Assembly: GCA_050115495.1 (NCBI GenBank) | Contig: JASFQK010000031.1 | Location: 19,113-83,112, forward strand | DNA length: 64,000 nt | From: Phycisphaerae bacterium | GTDB taxonomy: Bacteria > Planctomycetota > Phycisphaerae > UBA1845 > Fen-1342 | Direction: 5' to 3' | Shown: in pieces, positions 27,265 through 35,093 of the stretch | How the letters are laid out: every line of letters starts with the position of its first letter | How positions within the stretch are numbered: position 1 is the first letter of the stretch | Program-made: the position numbers and the translations under genes | The notes under the pieces: model-generated | The model's input: only the letters and a program-made list of their open reading frames with translations | Databases searched by the model: none | What the model was told of the DNA's origin: nothing

Positions 27265-28434
27265 CTATCCTCCGGTCAACAGGCCCACGAACGGGCTGAT
27301 ATCGAAGTTGTTCACCAGTCCATCGCCGTTGACGTCGGCACGCAGGCGCCAGCAACCCGGCTGGGCGGCAGCGTAGCCCTCGGGGTTGGTCAGCGCCAGC
27401 ACGAACGGACCGATGTCGAAATTGTTGAGACGGCCGTCGCAGTTGACGTCGCCGCGTGGCGCCGCATCCGCGACCGCCCCGATTTCCGTCGAGAGTTCGC
27501 CGAAGAACAAGGATACGTAGTTCACACCGGTGGTCACACGGATGAAGTCGAACCCATCGAGGCCGGCCGGAGATCCGCTGACCGGGTCGATGGCCCAGGC
27601 GATGTCGAAGCCGTCGCCGCCGCCGGCGCCGGGTGTGATGCCCACCGCGAGCGGATCATCGGGCATGGTGTAGAACGACTCCGGCAGCAGGTCTGGCTCG
27701 TCCACGATGTTGTCGCCGTCGATGTCGCCGCGCGACAGCACGGGCGTGAAGTCGGCATAACCGAAGATGCCCTCTTCCTCCGCGTACGGACCGGCCGGGT
27801 TCTCGACGACGTCGTGGTCGAAGATCTCGCTCGGCAGGCGATAGCCAGCGGTGTCCCACACGCCGCTGTAACCGGGCGGAATCCAGTTGGGGTACGGATT
27901 GCTCGGCGGCGGCGGCAGTGGTGGGTAGGTCGGGTCTTCGATGTCGTCGTCCCACGTCTGCACGTACCACTGCCCACCGGGATCGACGACGTGCGAACCC
28001 GGCACGAGATACCAGGGATCGTCGGCCACGCCGTTGCCGTTAGCGTCGCGGCTGATCTCGATCACGCCGCACTCGGCCCAGTGCCGGTTTGGATCGTCGC
28101 CCACCCAGTGGGGATTGCCGAAGACGATGGCATCGACGCCGAACGCGTTCGCCGGATTATCGAGCACGGTGTGGTCGAAGCGCAGCGTGATGGATCCGCC
28201 GAAACCGCCGAGGCTGACGAGCTTGCTGTTGTCGGGGTCGTACGTGCCGCCGCCGATCGGTGCACCGAGGGCGCGGGCCGGATCGTTGAACTCGGGCACG
28301 TTGGCAAACTGCCCGGGTGCCGGCTGGAAGCTCATCACCGCCGTCGCGAACGGGTCTTCGGGCCGAGCCGCACCGACGAACACGACGGCCAGCGCGACCG
28401 CCGCCAATCGTGGTAAGTAACTGTGTCTGGTCAT
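27265..28434 (-). CDS. Secreted protein with BtuH-like (putative B12-binding) domain and C-terminal dockerin-like domain
   Basis: PAPGQF...VSLGGFGGSITLRFDHTV...GN...ECGVIEISRDANGNGVADDPWY...GYAD...DGFDIAWAID...DFIRVTTGV...GELSTEI, recalled as the Bacteroidota btu-locus cell-surface protein motif series; then GDVNCDGRLNNFDI / ADVNGDGLVNNFDISPF. Confidence 0.75.
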   Translation of the reverse strand: MTRHSYLPRLAAVALAVVFVGAARPEDPFATAVMSFQPAPGQFANVPEFNDPARALGAPIGGGTYDPDNSKLVSLGGFGGSITLRFDHTVLDNPANAFGVDAIVFGNPHWVGDDPNRHWAECGVIEISRDANGNGVADDPWYLVPGSHVVDPGGQWYVQTWDDDIEDPTYPPLPPPPSNPYPNWIPPGYSGVWDTAGYRLPSEIFDHDVVENPAGPYAEEEGIFGYADFTPVLSRGDIDGDNIVDEPDLLPESFYTMPDDPLAVGITPGAGGGDGFDIAWAIDPVSGSPAGLDGFDFIRVTTGVNYVSLFFGELSTEIGAVADAAPRGDVNCDGRLNNFDIGPFVLALTNPEGYAAAQPGCWRLRADVNGDGLVNNFDISPFVGLLTGG

Positions 28435-28512
28435 GTTGCGCGTCTCCAGGTGGCCCGCGGCGAACGGCAGCCCCCTCCGTGGAGCAGCCGTCCGCGTCTG
28501 CGGGCCGGTGGC

Positions 28513-29607
28513 CTAGCGGCGAGCGCCGCGACCCAGAGCCAACGCCGCGGCCAGGGCAAGCAGCGCTGCCGATGCGGGCTCCGGAACCACGTACGTGTAG
28601 ACCACGTTTCCCTGGCGTACGTACAGCTCGCCGGTGACGTGATTGGCCACGACGTCGTAGAGGCTGCCGGCCGTCGGGTCGGGGTCCAGTCGGCAGACCT
28701 GCTGCGGATCGAGCGGATCGACCGGCCCGCCACCGCCAAGGGCATCCGCCAGCGCCACCTGCCGGATGAGCGCCGCGTACTCGAAGTCACCGCCGGTCGA
28801 GTCTGCCCCACCGACGTGCAGGTTCCCCTCCGCGTCGAAACCGAGCGAGCTCGCCGAGAGAACGTCGGCCACGAGCGTGCCGCCAACCTCGAAGTCCACG
28901 GCGGGACCGGTGCCCTCGAAAGCCGGCAGCCAGTCCGCCGTCGCGAACGCCTTGATCCAGCCGGTGCCGCTGGGACCGGCGGCCGCGAAACCGTTACCCG
29001 TGTACAGGTTGCCGGCGGCGTCGAAGGCGATGCCACCCGAGTAGCCGCCGATGTTGTCGATGAGCATCGGGTTGAGCGGGCTGCCCGGATCGCTGGTCGT
29101 GTCCAGCGCCGTGACGACGCTCGGCGGGCCGGTGACCCCGCCGGCGCTCATGACCAAATGCGTCCCGTCGATCCAGGCGGCGTCGTAGTGACGTGCCGAG
29201 AACCAGTCGCCAGTCAACCCGGTCAGGTCGAAGACGCCAACCTCGTAGTTGCTCCAGGAGCTGCCGCCGTTGTTGCCGACGGCAACCTTCATCCCGTCCG
29301 GAGAGACACGCACAAACGCGGGGCCGGCGTAGACCGGGTCCGGCATGTCGGCGTCGGGCAATACGCCGACCGAATTGAAGCTGCGCGACAGCGGCGCCGT
29401 CTCGACGAGAACCTCGGCGCCCGAAACTGTGATCAACCGTCCATCCCCCAGCACGTCGAACTCACCGCCGGTCGTCGGGGTCGGCAATACGAACGATCCG
29501 CTAAGCGTGTAGTCCGCGAAGGCATCGGCCCAGACCGGTGCGGCCGCCGCACAAAGGACCACCACCACAGACAACAGACTCCTGCTCAGTCCTCTTCCTT
29601 CTCTCAC
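28513..29607 (-). CDS. PEP-CTERM surface protein, probable beta-propeller; first gene after the cobalamin riboswitch
   Basis: AAGGAGG RBS before the GTG at 29607; signal peptide; blade motifs VRVSPDGMKVAVG, GIAFDAAGNLYTG, LGFDAEGNLHVG; C-terminal VPEPASAALLALAAALALGRGARR. Confidence 0.85.
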   Translation of the reverse strand: MREGRGLSRSLLSVVVVLCAAAAPVWADAFADYTLSGSFVLPTPTTGGEFDVLGDGRLITVSGAEVLVETAPLSRSFNSVGVLPDADMPDPVYAGPAFVRVSPDGMKVAVGNNGGSSWSNYEVGVFDLTGLTGDWFSARHYDAAWIDGTHLVMSAGGVTGPPSVVTALDTTSDPGSPLNPMLIDNIGGYSGGIAFDAAGNLYTGNGFAAAGPSGTGWIKAFATADWLPAFEGTGPAVDFEVGGTLVADVLSASSLGFDAEGNLHVGGADSTGGDFEYAALIRQVALADALGGGGPVDPLDPQQVCRLDPDPTAGSLYDVVANHVTGELYVRQGNVVYTYVVPEPASAALLALAAALALGRGARR

Positions 29608-29863
29608 AATGTTCCTCCTTACAAACCTCACCCAGGCCCGCTCCCTGGAGCGGCCTAGGCCGGTTGCCTGCGGCGAGCAGCGGTAAGTGCGTCAGCCGAG
29701 CTCACCACGCCGGAAGGAACGGCACGGCCAGACCGGCAGCACGCCGCGCGCGAACACATCGCCCGCGCAAACGTTCGCCGCTCTGGCACCTGCGAAAGGA
29801 ATCAGACAGGCTGGCGTGGGCACGGAACCTTCCCGCGAAGGCAACCCGAGACAGATGGGTCTT

Positions 29864-30064
29864 GCTGGCAGGTCTTCTGACTCCCGGGCTCGCAACTCGC
29901 CGAAAGCGGCGTGTCGCACCTACTGGCTGCGCCTTCTCAGCCTGCTGTCGCAGGCCAATGACTTGTGCAGTGTTCGTTCCCGGTCACAGCGGCGGGGCCG
30001 TTCCGGACTTGCACCGGATTCCCTATTCTTCCGACCGCTCCGAGCGGCGGACACCAGTGACCAA
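29864..30064 (-). promoter_or_regulatory. Cobalamin riboswitch
   Basis: Minus strand: GGTG...AATAGGGAATCCGGTGCAAGTCCGGAACGGCCCCGCCGCTGTGA...GTCATTGG...GAGAAGGC...GGGAGTCAGAAGACCTGCC (B12 box). Confidence 0.95.
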
Positions 30065-30070
30065 TTATGG

Positions 30071-30099
30071 TTTGTAGCTCGAACCGGCCGGCGCGTCAA
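30071..30099 (-). promoter_or_regulatory. Sigma70-like promoter for the riboswitch operon
   Basis: TTGACG-17 nt-TACAAA directly upstream of the riboswitch 5' end. Confidence 0.7.
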
Positions 30100-30340
30100 G
30101 CCTGACCAGCTCAACAGGTGACAGCTGTTCCTGTGATGGCGAGCCACGTACGTCGCTCTGTGTCCCTGTAGGCTGACAAGCCGACAGAAATATTGATGAC
30201 AGAGAAGGCAAAGAATAGGGTAAATACCCCATTGCGATTGAGGGCCGAAAACTGTTAGATATGAGATTGTGTTTGGGCGCGCGGGCAGCGGGTCCGCAGT
30301 CCGTGAGAAGAGAGAGGCGAGGAAGTCGGAGAGGAGACCC

Positions 30341-31042
30341 ATGACAACACAGTTCATCCCGCACGGGCGAGTCACGTGGCTTGCTGCGCTGCTCGTGTGC
30401 GGGATCCTGGCGACGGCCGGGGCACAGGCGGAAACCGTCGTTCTGGGTAGTTCAGGGTGGGCGGCGACATACGACGATTCGTGGATCCCGTACCTGTCGT
30501 TGATCGTCGACGATGTGAGCGACGACACGCTCTACCTGCAGAAGTCGGCGGAGTTCGTGCAGCCGCCGGTGGGCGGCGTCTTCCCACCGATCCCCATTCA
30601 GTTCCACCAGATCGCGTGGCCGGCGGTGCATCGGTTCATGATCGTCGACGAGATCATCACGAACTCGACGGGATGCGACTGGACCGATTTCCACTGGCTG
30701 TTGCTCGACGGGCAGGACGCGGTGTTCAACGCGGACCTGACATTCGCGTCGGGCTTCTACACTTCGCCGTTTGACAACCAGGAATTCAACGCGACCTGCA
30801 CGCTGTTCTCGGTCGACGGTTTCGGCCTCGGCGAGGGTGGCAGCGACGCGATCATTCCCAACGGCGGCGTGTGGTTCCCGGGCGACGGCGCGTCGGACGG
30901 TGAACTGGTCATCGACGTCGTGCCGCACGAGGAAGAGCCGTACACGGTCTTCACGCTGAAGGAAACGCCAACGCCCGAGCCAAGCGCGATCCTGCTGCTG
31001 GGCGCGAGCCTGGCTCTGATCGCTGGCAGGCGGCGTTCGTAG
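30341..31042 (+). CDS. PEP-CTERM-type surface protein (TPEP variant)
   Basis: GAGGAG RBS; signal peptide ending AQA; C-terminal TPEPSAILLLGASLALIAGRRRS. Confidence 0.88.
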   Translation: MTTQFIPHGRVTWLAALLVCGILATAGAQAETVVLGSSGWAATYDDSWIPYLSLIVDDVSDDTLYLQKSAEFVQPPVGGVFPPIPIQFHQIAWPAVHRFMIVDEIITNSTGCDWTDFHWLLLDGQDAVFNADLTFASGFYTSPFDNQEFNATCTLFSVDGFGLGEGGSDAIIPNGGVWFPGDGASDGELVIDVVPHEEEPYTVFTLKETPTPEPSAILLLGASLALIAGRRRS

Positions 31043-31085
31043 AGCTCCAAAAGGGAGCCAGCCGCACTCCTCATGGTTAGGGGGC

Positions 31086-31129
31086 AAGCGGGCCGGTGCC
31101 TGCCAAAGGCGCCGGTCCGTTCGTTTTTT
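31086..31129 (+). terminator. Rho-independent terminator
   Basis: GCGGGCCGGTGCCT..AGGCGCCGGTCCGT followed by CGTTTTTT. Confidence 0.75.
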
Positions 31130-31367
31130 GCGCCGAGGGGCGATTCGCTGTAGCCCCCGTGCTTCGTTCCACTAGTGAACGAAATGATGTACAATCCTGC
31201 CGGTCGGGACAGACCCGGCCCGGAGTACGGACGGGGCTTCGTGGTTCGTCCGGAGCCCGCGCGACACGCCGATCCGGCGTTCGTCAAGTCACCAGTCCGG
31301 CGACCCCCTCCCGCCCGACCGCATCCGCTCCGTCTCAGCGTCAAGTTCACATGCAAGGAGATTGCCC

Positions 31368-31919
31368 ATGAACACAGCGACGCGGGTTGTGCTGGCCGTA
31401 ATGGCTGCCGGTTTGTTGATCACCGCCGGGTGCGCGCAGAACCAGGCCAGGGTGGAACAACTGGAGGGCCAGGTTGCCCAGCTCGAGCAGGACAACCAGC
31501 AACTCAACGCCGAGCTCACCTCGGCACAGACCACGCTCGAGCAGAGAGACACTGAACTGCACGCGGCCAACGAAGAGAAGGACCGCGCCCGTACGGATGC
31601 CACCGCGCTCCACAAGCAGATTGCAGCCATGGCGGAGGCGCTGCGCGAAGTCGAGTCGCAGTCCGAGCAGACGCGGCGAGCGCTCGCCGTGGCCAACAAG
31701 AACCTCGCTCAGGCGCAGACCGCTCAGCGTGAGGCACAGTCGAGCCGGAAAGAAGCCGTGGCCAAGGCGCAGGCCGCCGCGGCTACTGCCCAAGCCGAGG
31801 TGGACCGCCTGAACAAAGAGGTCGCGGAGCTGAACGAGAAGCTGCAGAAGGCCGAGGCCGCGCTAGAGAAAGCCCGGCGTGAGCGCGAGGAGCCGCCGCC
31901 GCCACCGGAGAACCCCTAG
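31368..31919 (+). CDS. Coiled-coil lipoprotein
   Basis: AAGGAG RBS; lipobox LITAG-C; long heptad-rich helix; Pro-rich tail. Confidence 0.8.
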   Translation: MNTATRVVLAVMAAGLLITAGCAQNQARVEQLEGQVAQLEQDNQQLNAELTSAQTTLEQRDTELHAANEEKDRARTDATALHKQIAAMAEALREVESQSEQTRRALAVANKNLAQAQTAQREAQSSRKEAVAKAQAAAATAQAEVDRLNKEVAELNEKLQKAEAALEKARREREEPPPPPENP

Positions 31920-31982
31920 GAGCTCGTCGCGGTCCCTCCTCGCACTGGACGTTCGAGGACACCCGGAGTCTCCGAGCGCGGT

Positions 31983-32720
31983 TCACGGACGCAGGCGGGC
32001 GATCTCGCCGGCGCTGACGCGGTGCTGCCTGTCGCCGGCGTCGAGGAGGAGGCTGCCGTCGTCTGCCAGTCCTGCGATGCGGCCCACGACGGGCGGCCCG
32101 CCGGTGATGAGCTGCGCCCGCACCTGCTCGCCGAGCCAGGCGAGCCGGGAGCGAACGTCGGGGAGACAAGCCGCGGGGCCGTCGCGATCGTACGCCACCA
32201 GAAGCGCTTCGAGCTGCCCCACCGCCGCCGCTAGCACGGCGTCGAGATCCACCGGTCGACCCAGCTCATCCTGAAGCGACGTCGCTGGGTACAGCAGGTC
32301 CGGGCCGAGGTCGGCAGCGGCGAAGTTGCCGTTGAGGCCCACGCCGACGATCGCCGCCGGCTGGTCCGCGGCGAGCTCCATTTGCACGAGCACACCGGCG
32401 ACCTTCCGCCCCGCGATCAACACGTCATTGGGCCACTTGATCTGCGGGCGAACGCCGCACGTCTCCTCCAGCGCCAGGGCGATCGCCGCACCGGCGGCCA
32501 GCGGCACGGCCGTGTAGTGCGCCGGCGGCCGCCGGAGGGGCCACGCGACAGTCAACCACAATCCTCCCGGCGGGCTCTGCCAGGGACGATCATGACGGCC
32601 ACGGCCCGCCGTCTGCACCGTGGCGGTGATGAGGAAGGGGTGCGCCTGATCGCTCACCCGCCAGCGGCGGACAGCTTCGAGGTTGGTGGAATCGATCTCG
32701 GTGAGGTGAGCGCGTTGCAC
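31983..32720 (-). CDS. birA: Biotin--protein ligase (monofunctional, no HTH)
   Basis: DSTN; QTAGRGR; IKWPND; KVAGVL; GVGLN. Confidence 0.95.
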   Translation of the reverse strand: MQRAHLTEIDSTNLEAVRRWRVSDQAHPFLITATVQTAGRGRHDRPWQSPPGGLWLTVAWPLRRPPAHYTAVPLAAGAAIALALEETCGVRPQIKWPNDVLIAGRKVAGVLVQMELAADQPAAIVGVGLNGNFAAADLGPDLLYPATSLQDELGRPVDLDAVLAAAVGQLEALLVAYDRDGPAACLPDVRSRLAWLGEQVRAQLITGGPPVVGRIAGLADDGSLLLDAGDRQHRVSAGEIARLRP

Positions 32721-32740
32721 GAGATCACCTCCACGGGTGG

Positions 32741-34195
32741 TCAGCCTTGCAGGCGGCTCAGCAGCACGCCGGCCGCAACGGCTGAACCGATCACGCCGGC
32801 GACGTTGGGGCCCATGGCCTGCATGAGCACGAAGTTCTGCGGGTCTTCTTCCTGGGCGACGCGTTGCACGACACGGGCGGCCATCGGCACCGCCGACACG
32901 CCCGCCGCCCCGATCAGCGGATTGACTGGGTCGCGGCTCAGGCGGTTCATGAGCTTGGCCAACAGCACGCCGGCCGCCGTAGCGATGGCGAAGGCGGCCA
33001 CACCGAGGATGAAGATCTTGATGGTCTGGGGGGTCAGGAAGTTGCTGGCCTGCGTCTTCGCTCCGACCGTGACGCCGAGCAGGATGGTGATGATGTCCAC
33101 GAACGCCGTGCTGGCGGTCTTGGCCAACCGCTCGGTGACGAGGCTTTCGCGCAGCAGGTTACCGAAGAAGAGCATGCCCAGCAGCGGCAGCGCCCCGTTG
33201 GCGATGAACGCCGTCAACAGAAAGCCGACGATGGGGAAGATGATGCGCATCGTCCGCGTAACTTCGCGCGGCGGGGCCATGCGGATGCGACGTTCGCTCG
33301 GTGTCGTCAGCAACCTCATGATCGGCGGCTGGATGACCGGCACGAGCGCCATGTAGCTGTACGCCGCCAGGGCGACGGCTCCGAGCAGGTCGGGGGCAAG
33401 CTGTGTGCAGACGAAGATCGAGGTTGGGCCGTCGGCGCCGCCGATAATGCCGATCGACGCGGCTTGTTCCTCTGTGAAACCAAGCAGCATGGCCGCCAGC
33501 AACGCGCCGAAGATGCCCACCTGCGCCGCCGCCCCAAGCAGGAGCGTGCGCGGCTGGGCGAGCAGCGGACCGAAGTCGGTCAGCGCGCCGACGCCAAGGA
33601 AGATGAGCGGCGGGAAGAATCCCCACGCGACGCCGCGGAAGAGCCACCAGAAGACGCCCGCCCTCCACGGGTTCTGGGAGTCGAGCGAAACGATGGACGG
33701 ATAGCGGTGGTCGGTCGCCGGCGCGAGGGCCAGAATCTGCCGGCCCTGGGGCAGGTCGATGACGCCGGGCTGCGGGATCTCCTGGTTGTAGACGAGCTTG
33801 GCCTCGGGATTGACCATCACGGCGAGGCCGCGCTCGACGAGATCTTTCACCAGGTAGCGACGGGCGGGAAGGTCGCTGTCCGGCGGCGGTGGGTAGATCT
33901 GCTGCCAGGGGCCGACCGTCACGCCGTCGATGGTCACCGAAGTGGCGCCGCTGTAATAGACGAGCGTGTGCTCGTCGACCGGGCCGTCGTACACGCCGAC
34001 GCTGAGCGAGCGCACGTCGTAGGGGATGTTGCCGATGAGGATGCCGAAGCCGATGGGCACGAGCAGCAGCGGCTCGAAGCCTTTGCGGATCGCCAGGAAG
34101 ATGAAGCCGAGCCCGATGAGGATCATCACGCCGTTGCCGAGCGTGAATTGCCCGAACCCGGAGTCGCGCAGGTAATTGAGGAACATCTCCAGCAT
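32741..34195 (-). CDS. mmdB: Na+-translocating decarboxylase beta subunit
   Basis: FEPLLLVPIGFG; IFLGVGALTDFGP; IGIIGGADGPT; AAYSYMALVP; IGAAGVSAVPMAARV; AMGPNVAGVIGS. Confidence 0.93.
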   Translation of the reverse strand: MLEMFLNYLRDSGFGQFTLGNGVMILIGLGFIFLAIRKGFEPLLLVPIGFGILIGNIPYDVRSLSVGVYDGPVDEHTLVYYSGATSVTIDGVTVGPWQQIYPPPPDSDLPARRYLVKDLVERGLAVMVNPEAKLVYNQEIPQPGVIDLPQGRQILALAPATDHRYPSIVSLDSQNPWRAGVFWWLFRGVAWGFFPPLIFLGVGALTDFGPLLAQPRTLLLGAAAQVGIFGALLAAMLLGFTEEQAASIGIIGGADGPTSIFVCTQLAPDLLGAVALAAYSYMALVPVIQPPIMRLLTTPSERRIRMAPPREVTRTMRIIFPIVGFLLTAFIANGALPLLGMLFFGNLLRESLVTERLAKTASTAFVDIITILLGVTVGAKTQASNFLTPQTIKIFILGVAAFAIATAAGVLLAKLMNRLSRDPVNPLIGAAGVSAVPMAARVVQRVAQEEDPQNFVLMQAMGPNVAGVIGSAVAAGVLLSRLQG

Positions 34196-34260
34196 GGCGG
34201 CCGCTCCTTGGACCGCCGGGACGACGTGTCAGGCACGCGTCCCGGCGCGGCTGCGCGGGC

Positions 34261-34641
34261 TTACTCGAACTCGATCAGCAGATCGCCCTGCTTCACGGTG
34301 GCTCCGACGGTGGCGTGCACGGCCTTGACACGGCCGTCCACGGGTGAAGGGACGTTCGTCTCCATCTTCATCGCGTCGAGCACCAGCAGCGTCTGGTTTG
34401 CCGAGACGGTGTCACCCGCCTTCACGTGGATCTTCAGCACGGTGCCCGGCAGCGGCGACACGCAACGGCTGGCGTCGTGCGCCGTGACCGGCGCAGGTGC
34501 CTGCGAGCGTACCGGGCGACTTTCGGCCACCGGTGGCGGTGCGGCGACCTTCACCGGTGCCGGCGTTGCCGGTCCGGCGTCGCCGACCACCTCGACATCC
34601 ACTTCGTACGTCTTGCCTTCAACGGTGATGCGCAACTTCAT
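34261..34641 (-). CDS. mmdC: Biotin carboxyl carrier subunit of the decarboxylase
   Basis: MKLRITVEGKTYEVDVE; Ala/Pro linker; SPLPG; DAMKM biotinylation motif. Confidence 0.9.
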   Translation of the reverse strand: MKLRITVEGKTYEVDVEVVGDAGPATPAPVKVAAPPPVAESRPVRSQAPAPVTAHDASRCVSPLPGTVLKIHVKAGDTVSANQTLLVLDAMKMETNVPSPVDGRVKAVHATVGATVKQGDLLIEFE

Positions 34642-34646
34642 GGCGG

Positions 34647-35042
34647 TCACTTTCGGAAACGGTGGGAGGATTGAACGGCGATGCGACCGTGCCCGGTCCA
34701 GGACGAGCTTGGATGGCGGACCACGCTGCGCACACGCCGAATGCGTACCCCCGGACCCAGAGCGGCCACGGCGGCCGCGGTGAGAATCGCGAGCGTGCGG
34801 CCATCGACCGGCCCGTCCTCCGCTACGGGCGGATCGGCCGGCGCCGGTGCAGCGGCCACGACAGTCGCCGCGCGGCGCTGAGACAGGATCCCCCGCAACA
34901 GCTCCAGCCCACCCCACACGAGCACCAGGGCCAGAAAAACGACGGCCACGCCGACGATGGACAGCATCACGCCGTCGAACAGGTTGCCGTCGGCAGCGGG
35001 CGGCGACGCCTCAGCCAGAATACCAAACCACACCGCGAACAT
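34647..35042 (-). CDS. mmdD: OadG/MmdD-like membrane anchor subunit
   Basis: TM GVMLSIVGVAVVFLALVLVW; Ala/Pro linker; LAILTAAAVAA; SSWTGHGR. Confidence 0.82.
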   Translation of the reverse strand: MFAVWFGILAEASPPAADGNLFDGVMLSIVGVAVVFLALVLVWGGLELLRGILSQRRAATVVAAAPAPADPPVAEDGPVDGRTLAILTAAAVAALGPGVRIRRVRSVVRHPSSSWTGHGRIAVQSSHRFRK

Positions 35043-35093
35043 GGACTTATCCTTCTCCGCCGCGGACAAACGTCGCCCGCAGCGGCAATGCAC

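Noticed and set aside
29692..30528. ORFs spanning the riboswitch region (29687-30121, 29692-29919, 29920-30528, 30065-30364)
   Set aside because: They overlap the riboswitch and promoters, have no recognisable motifs, and the region is explained as non-coding regulatory sequence.
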